Positions 9,001 to 17,626 are shown, numbered from the stretch's first letter. The stretch: DNA of 43,743 nt from Verrucomicrobiota bacterium (GCA_018610125.1 JAHEOI010000230.1:1-43743), one strand, 5' to 3'. A program made the numbers and translations. Notes: generated from the sequence alone by a model not told the origin.

Positions 9001-10126
9001 GATCGAGCATGAAGAGGTCGGTGTGCTGATACCGCATTACCAATATGAAGGAACCTTCATGCCTCAAGGCGCCGAGCAACCGGTGCAGTTGCGCCGACTG
9101 TTGCTGCCGGCTGTACAACAGGAAACCGGCTTGAAACCGGACGCCGGGTTTGAGGCCAATGTTGAAGAAGGAACGATTGTTGCCGAGGCCAGTGTCGAAG
9201 GCGGAACCAAGCCATACACCTTGGAATGGCAGTCGAGCACGACGGTCGTCAACTCGGGGGGTGACGATGTCGTGCAGTATCAGATCGGGCCGGTCAAAGC
9301 GAGCCCGGTGCAAGAGACACTGACATTGACAGTCACCGATGCCAACGGGATTCAGACACATGCAAGCCAAACCTTTGAAGTCGAGTCCGACCAGGTTATC
9401 AAGTCGGGTGATATGGCGCGGCAAGGTTTCCGCCCGTTGGTCGGCGGGGTCGTCGATGCCGGTACCGAATGGATCGGTGAATCGCAAGGCCTCTCCGGCT
9501 CGAGTGGCAATGCGGGCGGCTTCGCTTCCCGGTTCGCCTCGCATGGTGCGACGACGCTGCGATTCAATTGGGGCGATGCCAGCGCTTGGGAAAGGGATTT
9601 TAAGGATCCTTCGCAAGGGGGCAATGACAGCGTCTGGATCGACAACGTCGATGTGGCCTTTTACACGGGCCATGCCAATGCGAATGGATGGACCTTCCCC
9701 GGAAGCAAGGATGATGGGTTCCTGCACTACAACGAAGCCCGTTTTGGTAATAACGACTTGGAGTGGTTGACCGTAGCGGCTTGTGGTCCCCTGCAGCCCG
9801 GCAATAGCCCGAACCGTTGGTGGCAACGGTGGGGCCCGGCGTTCAAAGGCCTCCATCTGCTTTGCGGGTATCAAACCGTCACTTACGACAACACCGTCGA
9901 GGGGAAAAAATGGGCCAGGAAGATGCTCAACGGCAAGCCGGTCCGGCAGGCTTGGATGGAGACCGGGATTGATGTCCAAGGCCCGAGCGAAATCGTTGCC
10001 GTTATGGGCGTCTTCGGTCCGAACGGTGTTTCAAACTGGAATGACCATTATCATGGAAAAGGATCTGTCGGTCCCGATATAAGCAACGTTAATGGATACT
10101 GGATGGTTTCCTCGCCGGGCGATTGA
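6062..10126 (+). CDS. Large secreted multidomain protein: signal peptide, 2x CARDB, 2x unrecognised 80-aa Cys-pair module, IPT/TIG-like domain, FYRL-type beta-sandwich, and a C-terminal putative clan-CD-like domain
   Basis: Signal peptide MKWGAFWKGIVSILAATVWVSG. CARDB-like modules start at PDLAV and end in NEGNNTASIPV (aa ~35-160) and QEGNNQASLPV (aa ~565-690). Tandem modules lie at aa 166-233 and 246-312. IPT-like stretch GDVINIAGQNFG. ..GNRIFYRLV lies near aa 750. C-terminal AFYTGHANANGW and LTVAACGPL. Confidence 0.85.
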   Translation: MKWGAFWKGIVSILAATVWVSGELPQEAAGQDLVAPDLAVAEFSLGGSEEVKLGEEIGDRLSLTVINQGQAAAEGDIFVGLVVSADETIDSSDTLLSGGREAFTGLAAGATTTVDIASVTSMIADFATGPAYLGVIVDEQDSVSETNEGNNTASIPVSIVAEAQGEDCITFDPALATVEQINGTWRITAGNSILLSFGSKEQEARRALEIIKAYGMTQQCFVGRPNPSMEYYLVDGESPTGSIEGEDCLPFDPDKLEVKQINGRWKIVEGASILLDFGENEAEARQSLEIILTHEFNRMCFVGRPDPSMTYFKQVTESQGLVIGELAQSSGVAGDVINIAGQNFGTDADDLCVLLRNNGRFIGLEALTATGTEITAELPYIPEFAAGAEHELVVGLGVGARQEIGGNIENVGVGQPAWIWAGDKENMAVADAAFVPEFSPSPGSSFHSGGPQNGALMVTIDQDWGVGTTVDIQARVHQEGTGADTRIKEVTFSAAGTRFDCAAKICQLLEEAFASHPDRPLDIECEVRQQDGNAKIVVTLAEEGAVINGGNIDIIVRDEGEPVSPDLAVGDFGLEGEPRVEAGGSVGDRINLSVSNLGGLSVAQSFSVGLYFSEDSNITADDTLLINGQEMLAGLEVGGSTEVTVFGDAQMPGELSAGQGYLGVLVDDTAVIEEQQEGNNQASLPVTVEAAPSVEPKLNISLSSENEITLMWEGAGVLQKADEITGPWSEVSNAESPLTVTLEGNRIFYRLVRPSVTEQTMPIFKVTQQGISDRQFSALAESLGVPKSAFGESGYVQYTDTERFQSVPTEPVEEPLEPDEEEQAKVVPERFLFDQIQEISILDNESALGLTKEAFSQAELTPKAPYKVQTDIRHSEFEAVDAKGEVLVNKPIDTQVAYQLQLDGHPVVGSGAQIKAVFDGQKNVSHLAYILRQVEKGKSVPVLSQSEADAKAEAQYGASMKTDLQGELKLSSKLVYYAPSIEHEEVGVLIPHYQYEGTFMPQGAEQPVQLRRLLLPAVQQETGLKPDAGFEANVEEGTIVAEASVEGGTKPYTLEWQSSTTVVNSGGDDVVQYQIGPVKASPVQETLTLTVTDANGIQTHASQTFEVESDQVIKSGDMARQGFRPLVGGVVDAGTEWIGESQGLSGSSGNAGGFASRFASHGATTLRFNWGDASAWERDFKDPSQGGNDSVWIDNVDVAFYTGHANANGWTFPGSKDDGFLHYNEARFGNNDLEWLTVAACGPLQPGNSPNRWWQRWGPAFKGLHLLCGYQTVTYDNTVEGKKWARKMLNGKPVRQAWMETGIDVQGPSEIVAVMGVFGPNGVSNWNDHYHGKGSVGPDISNVNGYWMVSSPGD

Positions 10127-10199
10127 ACATTGCCGGTGGGCCAAAACGACTTTTCGGACGCACCCTAATCCGAAAAAAAGGAAATGGAAATAAAGGGGA

Positions 10200-10234
10200 G
10201 GTGGCTGATCGGAAGATCAGCCACCTTTTTTTTT
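10200..10234 (+). terminator. Rho-independent terminator of the 1354-aa gene
   Basis: GGTGGCTGATC-GGAA-GATCAGCCACC is an 11-bp perfect stem with a GGAA tetraloop, followed directly by nine T residues (10226-10234). Confidence 0.8.
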
Positions 10235-10323
10235 GGTGACGAAGAAACCGTGAACTGGTAGGAGGTTGAAGAGAGATTGGTTACCTATCAAGGCAAGGAA
10301 GGAAAGAAGAGAGGAAGGGAATA

Positions 10324-11454
10324 ATGATGATTCGATTGGATAAGATCGCTTGTCGATTGGCGGTGGCTATGACGCTGGTGACTCTGGGGGCGGCGTTGGC
10401 GGAGGCACACCCTCACCGTCGTGGGGAGACTTCTTCGGGCGAAACATTGGTGTTGGCTCAAAAAGAAGGTAGCTCGCCGTCTCCTGATGCAAAAGGAGCC
10501 GGCTCGGCAACCAGCGGATCGGGCAAATGGGCATTTCGGGTTGCCCCGGAATATCGGCTCCCTGCCAAGGCTCGGAATCAGATTAACGGCGCTCACGGTG
10601 GCTTCGCGGTCGATCCCCGCACCAAAAATCTCTATTTCGGGCTCAAAGGTGTCGGGATTGTCCGCCTTGGTCCTGAACCGGGCGACAGTGAGATTATCGG
10701 AGGGTCCCCGGAACTGTCGAATGGCAATCTTCACAATGTGACGCTTTTTTACCACCAGGGACGACCGTTTCTCTCGTGCCCCGACAATCAAAGAGGCCAT
10801 GTGTATGTTCTGGACCTGAAGGAGCGATCAGTGACGACTCTCGACCCGCCGAAAGTCAACGAATACTACCGGGAAGGGGGATCTTTCAATCCCACGGACA
10901 CCGAATTTGCGAAGTCGACGCTTTATGTCACCGACGGGTATTCCGCCGGCAATTTTGTTCTCAAGGCCGACCCATTTAAGTCGAGCTGGCACGCGGATTA
11001 CTTTGGAGGCAAAGGGACCGAGCACGGTCGATTCGGAACGTGTCACGGGGTTACCTACAATTCCGAAGCCGGGACAATTGACATTTCGGACCGGCCGCAC
11101 TCAAGGATTGAACGATACGATTTTGACAACAATTACCTCAGCTCGGTGACACTCCCTGAAGGCGCCTGGCCTTGCGATGTCGATTTTTACCAGGACCGCA
11201 TGGTCGTTGGCTGTCTATTCGGTGAGGGAAAAAGCACGCCGGCCCCCGTTTATATCCTGGACCGTGAAGGCGAGGTGATCTCAACAATCCGGCCCAAAAA
11301 AGATCTCGGATTCGATAAGGCCAAGCATATTCACAATGCAACTTGGTGGGTCGTGCCATCGAAAGATGGGCGCTCAAAGCGAGTCATGATTGCGGTTACG
11401 GCCTGGAATCCCGGCGATTTCTTCGTCCTCGAGCGAAGCGTCGGCACAAACTGA
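10324..11454 (+). CDS. Secreted beta-propeller-like protein (NHL / peptidyl-hydroxyglycine-lyase-like fold suspected); function unknown
   Basis: Signal peptide MMIRLDKIACRLAVAMTLVTLGAALAEA. Repeated strand-rich blocks include LYFGLKGVGIVRL, HVYVLDL, LYVTDGYSAGNFVL, GTIDISDRPHSRIERYDF, RMVVGCL and VYILDREGEVI. Confidence 0.5.
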   Translation: MMIRLDKIACRLAVAMTLVTLGAALAEAHPHRRGETSSGETLVLAQKEGSSPSPDAKGAGSATSGSGKWAFRVAPEYRLPAKARNQINGAHGGFAVDPRTKNLYFGLKGVGIVRLGPEPGDSEIIGGSPELSNGNLHNVTLFYHQGRPFLSCPDNQRGHVYVLDLKERSVTTLDPPKVNEYYREGGSFNPTDTEFAKSTLYVTDGYSAGNFVLKADPFKSSWHADYFGGKGTEHGRFGTCHGVTYNSEAGTIDISDRPHSRIERYDFDNNYLSSVTLPEGAWPCDVDFYQDRMVVGCLFGEGKSTPAPVYILDREGEVISTIRPKKDLGFDKAKHIHNATWWVVPSKDGRSKRVMIAVTAWNPGDFFVLERSVGTN

Positions 11455-11481
11455 CGCGAACGATAGATTGGAAAGCGTGCT

Positions 11482-13218
11482 ATGAAATCGACGTGGTCAT
11501 CACTGATATTGGTGTGCTGGATCCTCGTGGTCGGAGGAATGCTCTCTGTGCCGGAGCGTTCAGTCGGCGGTGCCGAACCGGATCGTCCGAATATCCTGTT
11601 GATTTTGGCAGACGATTTGGGCTATTCCGATCTTGGCTGTTATGGAGGCGAGATCCGGACCCCTCATCTCGATCAACTGGCCAAAAGCGGACTCCGATTT
11701 ACCCAGGTTTATAACAGTGCCCGATGTTGTCCGTCGCGTGCGGCGTTGATGACGGGACTTTATCCACATCAGGCCGGCATCGGACACTTTGCGGGGTATC
11801 GCCCGAATCGTCCTCATGGCTATCGCGGGTTTCTCCAGCCGAATACGGTGACCATTGCCGAGGTCCTTAAGGAAGCGGGATATGGGACATTTATGTCCGG
11901 TAAATGGCACCTTGCCAAGCCGGGGCCGATCGAGCAGGGCTTCGACGAATTCTATGGCTTTGTCCGCGGCTATGCCGTCGATTCGTGGAATCCGAAAATG
12001 ATGGTTCGTTTACCCGAAGGCCGCCCTTCCAGGGATTACGAGCACGATGACTACTTTGCAACGGATGCAATCACGGATCATGCCCTGGACTTTCTGGACC
12101 GCGCCCGCAAAAAGCCGGAGAAGCCGTGGTTTCTCTATGTCGCTTATCAAGCGCCGCATTTTCCGATCCAAGCGCCGCAGGAAGATATTGATCGCTATCG
12201 CGACACCTACAAGGCGGGCTGGGATCAGTTGCGGCAAGAGCGCCTGAAGCGAATGAAAGCAATCGGGATCATCGATTCCGACGCGACGCTTCCACCGCGC
12301 AGCTCGGTGCCGGCACCCAGGGTGGCGAAACGCCATGGCGTCCCCGGAGATCGAGTCCGCAATCCGGCATGGGAAGAGATCCCATCGGAACGGCAAGCCG
12401 ACCTTGCACGCCGCATGGCGGTTTATGCCGGGATGGTCGATAACATGGATCAAAACGTCGGGAGGCTTGTGGCCGACCTCAAGGCCGCGGGTGAGCTGCG
12501 GAACACCTTGATCTTGTTTCTCAGTGACAATGGCGCGTGCGCTGAGTGGGGGCCGTATGGATTCGACTTGCCAAAAAGCTGGCTCGAGACCGATCGCCGA
12601 GGGACCGGTGTTAATGGAGGTACGCCGGGACTGGCGAGCAAGCTTCATACCGGAGACGCACTAGATCGATTGGGAGGCCCCGGTACCGGCCTGGCTTATG
12701 GATCCGGATGGGCCAACCTCTCCAATACGCCATGGCGCGAGTATAAGCATTACACTTATGAGGGAGGGACTGCGACGCCCCTGATCGCGCATTGGCCCGC
12801 AGGGATCAAAGCAGCCGGAGAGATGCGTGACCAAGTCGGCTTCCTGTTTGATATCACAGCGACCTGTGTCGATGTCGCGAACGCGACATATCCGGAAACC
12901 GCTAACGGAAACGAGATCACGCCGCTGGAAGGGGTCAGTTTAGTCCCTGCTTTTAAGGATAAGCAATTGCCGAAACGCCGGCTTGCCTATGAACATGAGC
13001 GCAACGCCGCGGTTCGAGCGGGTCCCTGGAAGCTGGTCGCCAATGACATCATTGGGAATGAGGGGTTGCGCCAGGATCAAGAGTGGGAGCTTTATCGGAT
13101 CGACAAAAACCGAGCCGAAACCGAAAACCTTGCCGATCAATACCCGGAAAAGGTGGAGTCACTCGAGGACTGGTTCGTCGAAGAAGCAAGGCGGATCGAA
13201 ATATTCCCACGGCGATAA
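11482..13218 (+). CDS. Arylsulfatase (formylglycine-dependent sulfatase family)
   Basis: Signal peptide, then PNILLILADDLGYSDLGCYGG and the C-x-P-x-R formylglycine motif in SARCCPSRAALMTGLYPHQAG. Also LSDNGA. Confidence 0.9.
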   Translation: MKSTWSSLILVCWILVVGGMLSVPERSVGGAEPDRPNILLILADDLGYSDLGCYGGEIRTPHLDQLAKSGLRFTQVYNSARCCPSRAALMTGLYPHQAGIGHFAGYRPNRPHGYRGFLQPNTVTIAEVLKEAGYGTFMSGKWHLAKPGPIEQGFDEFYGFVRGYAVDSWNPKMMVRLPEGRPSRDYEHDDYFATDAITDHALDFLDRARKKPEKPWFLYVAYQAPHFPIQAPQEDIDRYRDTYKAGWDQLRQERLKRMKAIGIIDSDATLPPRSSVPAPRVAKRHGVPGDRVRNPAWEEIPSERQADLARRMAVYAGMVDNMDQNVGRLVADLKAAGELRNTLILFLSDNGACAEWGPYGFDLPKSWLETDRRGTGVNGGTPGLASKLHTGDALDRLGGPGTGLAYGSGWANLSNTPWREYKHYTYEGGTATPLIAHWPAGIKAAGEMRDQVGFLFDITATCVDVANATYPETANGNEITPLEGVSLVPAFKDKQLPKRRLAYEHERNAAVRAGPWKLVANDIIGNEGLRQDQEWELYRIDKNRAETENLADQYPEKVESLEDWFVEEARRIEIFPRR

Positions 13219-13395
13219 CGGGGCGGATTCGTGAAACTCAGGGGGTTGAGAGAGAAGAAAAGGGGGTTGCCCGCGTCGGGCGGGAAGTAGACGAACGGGC
13301 AAGGAAAGGAGCGTTGGGCTTTTCCTTGAAAACCGAACCTCGGCAACGCCTCCACAAAGATTGACGGTGTTGCCGGAAGACGCCATGCTGATCGG

Positions 13396-14193
13396 ATGAT
13401 TAGACCCGACTCAGCACGAAAGATACCGTCCCATTTTCTGGATACCGCCCTCGGCCTGCTCGTCGTAGGCCTGCTGGTGACGGGGTGTACCCAACAATCC
13501 GCCCCTTCGAGCGACGAATCGGATCAAAGCCGGGCCACCGAAGAGAAATCGCCGCCGGACCAGAAAGAAAAGGCGAAGGCGAAACAGCAAGAAAAGGCCA
13601 AGGTCGAGCAGAAAGAGAAGGTGCCTGAAGGTGCTTCGCAAGGCTCTGATGAAGGCGAATCCCAGCAATCGCAATCCTCCGAGACAGAATCAACCGCATC
13701 CGGCCAATCCGCTGCCAAGATCTCGCCTCAAGAGTGGCATAAGGCCGCTTTTAAGGGAGTCCTGGGAACGGTTCGCCAAGGTGTCGAACAGGGATTGGAT
13801 GTCAACAGCCTTGATAAAAATGGTCGTACTGCCCTGATGTTGGCGGCTTATGACGGTCATTTCGACATTGTCAACTACTTGCTTGATCATGGTGCCAAAG
13901 TGGATATCCAGGATTCCTTGGGCCGCACGGCGTTAATGTTCGCGGCCTCCGGCGCAAATCCGAAAACGGTGGAAGCCTTGTTGGAGGCAGAGGCCAACCC
14001 CAACCTGATGGACAAAAAAGAGGGGTACACGGCGTTGATGTTTGCTGCTGCCGAGGGCCATGCGTCCATTGTGGAGATCCTATTGAATCATGGCGCCAAT
14101 CCCAACGTTCAGGATGCGGACGGGGAGACGGCGAAGGATTTCGCCGAGGACGGTAATTACAAGGAAATCGTCAAGCTGCTCGAGGGGAAATAG
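13396..14193 (+). CDS. Ankyrin-repeat lipoprotein with a Lys/Glu-rich linker
   Basis: Lipobox LLVTGC. Low-complexity KEKAKAKQQEKAKVEQKEK and S/E/Q-rich linker. About four ANK repeats (GRTALMLAAYDGHFDIVNYLLDHGAKVD, GRTALMFAASGANPKTVEALLEAEANPN, GYTALMFAAAEGHASIVEILLNHGANPN, GETAKDFA). Confidence 0.85.
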   Translation: MIRPDSARKIPSHFLDTALGLLVVGLLVTGCTQQSAPSSDESDQSRATEEKSPPDQKEKAKAKQQEKAKVEQKEKVPEGASQGSDEGESQQSQSSETESTASGQSAAKISPQEWHKAAFKGVLGTVRQGVEQGLDVNSLDKNGRTALMLAAYDGHFDIVNYLLDHGAKVDIQDSLGRTALMFAASGANPKTVEALLEAEANPNLMDKKEGYTALMFAAAEGHASIVEILLNHGANPNVQDADGETAKDFAEDGNYKEIVKLLEGK

Positions 14194-14608
14194 CCAGCCT
14201 CCTTCCCAGCCCTGAAAGGGCGAATCAATGTAGCCCAGGGCAAGCGCAGCGCCGCCCTGGGTAAACAGTCCTCGAAATCCTGCACCCTGAAGGGGTGCGT
14301 TAATCCCGGCACGCTCGTCTGTTCGCAATCCACCCTAAAACCAGGATAAACGGAGTATCGGAGTGTCTGAGCCTAATTCAATCCCTTCTTTATTCGCGCC
14401 CTTCGCGGGGAACAGTCCTCTTCTCTCATCTGTGCCCTTTATCGTCCTTTTGAAATAGCGCCAGCTTGGAACCCGGACCTGTCTGAGCGGGACAAAAACA
14501 TCGAGCATTCTTGCTTGTCTCCACGGCCTTATTTGACGGGGCAAGGGCAAAAAATTTCCAGGTCGGGCCCGCATTCCGCAGCGGGGTTGCTCCCGGGCCT
14601 CCCGGAAA

Positions 14609-14652
14609 CCCCTCACCTCAATCCGCTCCCCTTCGGAAGGGGGTGAGGAAGC
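14609..14652. repeat. REP-B module
   Basis: CCCCTCACCTCAATCCGCTCCCCTTCGGAAGGGGGTGAGGAAGC is about 93% identical to 25316-25358. It has an inner hairpin CCCCTT-CGG-AAGGGG and an outer pairing CCTCACC/GGTGAGG. Confidence 0.8.
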
Positions 14653-14843
14653 AAAGAGCCGCGCCGCTACCGTCCGGAAGACTCGCGACTGGTCGGGCGA
14701 CCTTCGACAACCCGCAAGTCCCTTCTCCTCGTCGTAAGGGTAATGCGGTTCGGAAGTTCCGGCTATGATTCACCCTTACAGGGATCCCTATTCGCTATCT
14801 CAATACATGGCTTGCGCTTCGGTCCTCCGACGCGCACTAAATC

Positions 14844-14948
14844 CCTTGAAAGGCCGAAATTTGTTGAGGATGAGTCAAGTTTTAGAATGCCTTCGCAGAA
14901 GCGAAGGCGCGGACCGCAGCGGAGTGCGGTCCCTACCGCAACAGCGGT
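14844..14948. repeat. R105 repeat, copy 1 (reverse orientation relative to copy 2)
   Basis: This 105 nt matches the reverse complement of 43637-43741 with 3 mismatches when aligned by hand. It contains hairpins GCCTTCGC-N4-GCGAAGGC and GGACCGCA-N6-TGCGGTCC. Confidence 0.9.
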
Positions 14949-15017
14949 GGTAGGGTCGGCAGTCCCCTGCTGACCTTGATCGCCTTTATGCCTCGAATGG
15001 TTGGAGGCTCTGCCTCG

Positions 15018-16970
15018 CTACATGTCGACAAATGCGATGCCGTAAGGGGCGAGCTGAAGAGCGATCTTACTGGCGGCGGTCTCGAGCATTTCCCCTTCCT
15101 GAGAGGCAAAGGCTTGAGGTGAGGTCAGGGCCTCGGCGACCGTTGACTCATCAAGGTATCGGACCTGGGCTTTGCCGCTGCCGGTTTTGATCTTCAAGCT
15201 TTGTGGCTCATCAACGAGATTCGCGACCAGGATCCGTCGGCGATTGGCGTTATCCACGAGTGTCAAGGCGCGCACCTGAAGTGGATGACTCGATTGCGTG
15301 GCGTAGATCCGCTGAAAGCCCGCCATCTCAGCAAAAACATGGTAGAGCGGGTAAACGGATCCCGGAAGTGAGGGAAACGGAACCGGTGTCGGGGGGCTGC
15401 TTTGACTCGGGAGAATCCCCCGCCAGCCGACTGTCTCAAAGTAGGTCAAGCTGTGAACTTGGCCGGTCGTCGTGAGCTGCCCTAAGCTCCCGATCGTCCA
15501 ACCGGCCGCAAACAGAGTTGCTTGTCGCGGATCGACATCAGGCGGAAGCTGCCCGGAAGGCGTCGCTTCGCGAGTGTACTGGGTCTGTGGCGAAAGGTAA
15601 TGCGGTCGTAGCGTGATGGGAGAAATGACCACGGATTGTGGGCAAATCTGGCGGGCGCTATCCACAGTGGTTGGTTGGGCGGCAAGGTTCTCCACCATTG
15701 TGGTGTTATCAAACGCATGGATTTGCGGGGTGATCGAGTAGCAGGGAAGAGCCCCGTAGCTCTCAGGTGGGCGATTTCGGTTCATCTCGACAAAGTTCCC
15801 GTTGGTGCCGGCGGCCACAAACAGGTTGCCGCCAACGGCCTGTGAAAGCTTTTGGCGTGCCAGTCGGACCCATCGGTCCTGGGTCACCGTCTCGTTTTGA
15901 TGGAAAATCAGCCACAAGGAAACGCGAGGTTTCAATGACTCGATCTGTCGGACCAGGCTGTCAAGCTGGCTTTCCGCATCATCGGTGATATAGAGCCCCA
16001 AATGGAGTATGGCTCCGAGTTGCTCGGCCTCTTCGTGGGCTTGGGTGAGAATCTCGGTGAAACGGGAGGAGGTCAAATCGAGATTGACCCGCAAATGGGC
16101 CAGCTGGAGCCGCTTCAGGAGATCAAGCTGTTCGGTGTTGAGGCGTTCTCCGTTCCGCGCCAGACTCAAGCCGATCGAAGGCTTGGAAAAGACCGGAGTC
16201 GTGGAGATGGAAAGCTGCGGATCCCGTCCGAGCACGACCGGAAGGATCTTTTTCGGGCGTCCGGGGAGAGACAATGTGACCCGTTGTTCAATCCTCGAGC
16301 CGGCTTCGGCCTTGAGGGGCATTGGGCCGTCGACCGAGCCGCTATAGGTCTTGAAGGAGGCGTCGGTCCAATTGCGCTGGTCCTCCGTCTCAAAGCTGTC
16401 CCCTTCAAAGGTGATCTCCGTTTGGACCCCCGGGGCCGGTTCATACGTAAGGGACCGGACTTCCTTGAAGATTTGGAAAGGCTCAATGTGGTGTGGGAAG
16501 CGGCTCTGTTCGGTTGAGCCGTCCACCTTTTTGACCGTACATGCCTTGTCGAGGCATTCGACCATGGGATGAAGGACGCAGAGGCCGATCCGATTGTTCC
16601 AAAACGTCGACTGGCATTCCCCATCAAATTTGAAGACGACTTTCCCCTCCTTGTCGCCCGTCACTTCGCCGCGCCAGTAGAAATCGATCTCCCCTTCGCG
16701 GCAAACAACGTCAAAGGTCAGGTGAAACGACTCCTCCGTTTGGGCTTCAACCTGAAAGTTGGATACCTGTGGTACGATCGTTCTCCAATGAGAGTCACGG
16801 ACTGCCGCGTAGACCCCTCGGAGCAGCTCATGGTCCCCCATCCGGATATGCCGCAAAAAGGCGAGGTCGGGGTCAAACCGCATGGTTAACGGGCCCGCGT
16901 TCAGAAAGACCGGCTTCGCCTTCTCAACTTCTTCGCCGTAATAAAGGAGATTTGGTGTTAGCGTGCTCAT
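15018..16970 (-). CDS. Two-domain protein of unknown function (N-terminal beta-sandwich, C-terminal alpha/beta barrel-like); last gene of the lipoprotein operon
   Basis: I place the start at the ATG at 16970 (MSTLTPNLLYYGE..), 17 nt after the upstream stop. The longer track ORF (to 17045) would overlap the preceding gene by 58 nt. The N-terminal half carries ..FETEDQRNWTDASFKTY... The C-terminal half carries ..QIHAFDNTT..ISPITLRP..DPRQATLFAAGWTIGSL..LTYFETVGWRG... No signal peptide. Confidence 0.7.
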   Translation of the reverse strand: MSTLTPNLLYYGEEVEKAKPVFLNAGPLTMRFDPDLAFLRHIRMGDHELLRGVYAAVRDSHWRTIVPQVSNFQVEAQTEESFHLTFDVVCREGEIDFYWRGEVTGDKEGKVVFKFDGECQSTFWNNRIGLCVLHPMVECLDKACTVKKVDGSTEQSRFPHHIEPFQIFKEVRSLTYEPAPGVQTEITFEGDSFETEDQRNWTDASFKTYSGSVDGPMPLKAEAGSRIEQRVTLSLPGRPKKILPVVLGRDPQLSISTTPVFSKPSIGLSLARNGERLNTEQLDLLKRLQLAHLRVNLDLTSSRFTEILTQAHEEAEQLGAILHLGLYITDDAESQLDSLVRQIESLKPRVSLWLIFHQNETVTQDRWVRLARQKLSQAVGGNLFVAAGTNGNFVEMNRNRPPESYGALPCYSITPQIHAFDNTTMVENLAAQPTTVDSARQICPQSVVISPITLRPHYLSPQTQYTREATPSGQLPPDVDPRQATLFAAGWTIGSLGQLTTTGQVHSLTYFETVGWRGILPSQSSPPTPVPFPSLPGSVYPLYHVFAEMAGFQRIYATQSSHPLQVRALTLVDNANRRRILVANLVDEPQSLKIKTGSGKAQVRYLDESTVAEALTSPQAFASQEGEMLETAASKIALQLAPYGIAFVDM

Positions 16971-16987
16971 TGTATCCCCACTGTAAC

Positions 16988-17623
16988 TCACCAGCCAATC
17001 GCAGGGCGCTTGCTCTGCTTGGTGAACTGCTCCTGGTCTTCCCAAACCGCCAATCCCCGTTTGTCGGTTAACGCGAGCTGAAAGGTATAGGTGGTTTGGC
17101 GTCGGCGGTTAAGGCGGGCCTGCGTTTCGATGATCTTGCCTGATAAACTGTAATCGGGTGTCGGGGCTTTCTTTCCGGTCCGGAACTGCTCACGGTCTTT
17201 CATTTCCTTGGCCAACGGGTCTTCGGCTTGGCCGGTGCCACTGAGTGTCGTTGTCGTCAGCACCTTCCCACTCTTGTTGAGGGAGACCCGAATCTGTTTG
17301 GTTAAAAGGTCCATGTCGAAATGCTGGCCTGTGTTATTGACGACTCGGCTTACGGCCAACACCGCCGGCTCATCGCCCTCCTTCTTCTCAAGCACCCCGG
17401 AGGCAAGTAAGGAATTAACCATCCGCTCCGCGGCCATCGAGAAATCTTGAATGTTAATATTCTGGGTGACCAGCGTGTCGGGCCCGCTTGACTCGACGTA
17501 CTTGGGATTTGAGCCGCAGGCGCTCAAGAGGGTCGCTACGGCAATCAGGCCGGCGAGCCGGCCGCTTGCCCAGGCCATTCGTTGAGAGAAGAGTCGGTCC
17601 ATGGGGATAATGGGAATATTCAT
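16988..17623 (-). CDS. LpoB-like (COG3417-type) lipoprotein
   Basis: Lipobox LLSACGS. The core, ..QDFSMAAERMVNSLLASGVL....PAVLAVSRVVNNTGQHFDMDLLTKQIRVSLNKSGKV.., matches the LpoB/YcfM pattern. It starts 3 nt after the YcfL-like stop. Confidence 0.7.
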   Translation of the reverse strand: MNIPIIPMDRLFSQRMAWASGRLAGLIAVATLLSACGSNPKYVESSGPDTLVTQNINIQDFSMAAERMVNSLLASGVLEKKEGDEPAVLAVSRVVNNTGQHFDMDLLTKQIRVSLNKSGKVLTTTTLSGTGQAEDPLAKEMKDREQFRTGKKAPTPDYSLSGKIIETQARLNRRRQTTYTFQLALTDKRGLAVWEDQEQFTKQSKRPAIGW

Positions 17624-17626
17624 AAA

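Noticed and set aside
6194-9979. Long antisense ORFs inside the 1354-aa gene (6194..6943, 7124..7873 and 8936..9979, all on the minus strand). Similar ones lie inside other genes (12010..12648, 21762..22328, 24442..25092, 25872..26801, 28657..29463, 40402..41208).
   Set aside because: Their products are Arg/Pro/Gly/Ser-rich with no recognisable motifs. Each lies fully opposite a sense ORF with clear family signatures. Stop-poor antisense frames are expected from codon bias at this GC content.
16971-17045. The longer 5' extensions offered by the ORF track for several genes (15018..17045, 18046..19593, 34972..36732, 37322..38707, 22411.., 28111..).
   Set aside because: The extensions overlap upstream genes or precede obvious signal peptide, lipobox or Tat motifs that begin at internal ATGs. 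Shorter starts were chosen, but they remain predictions.
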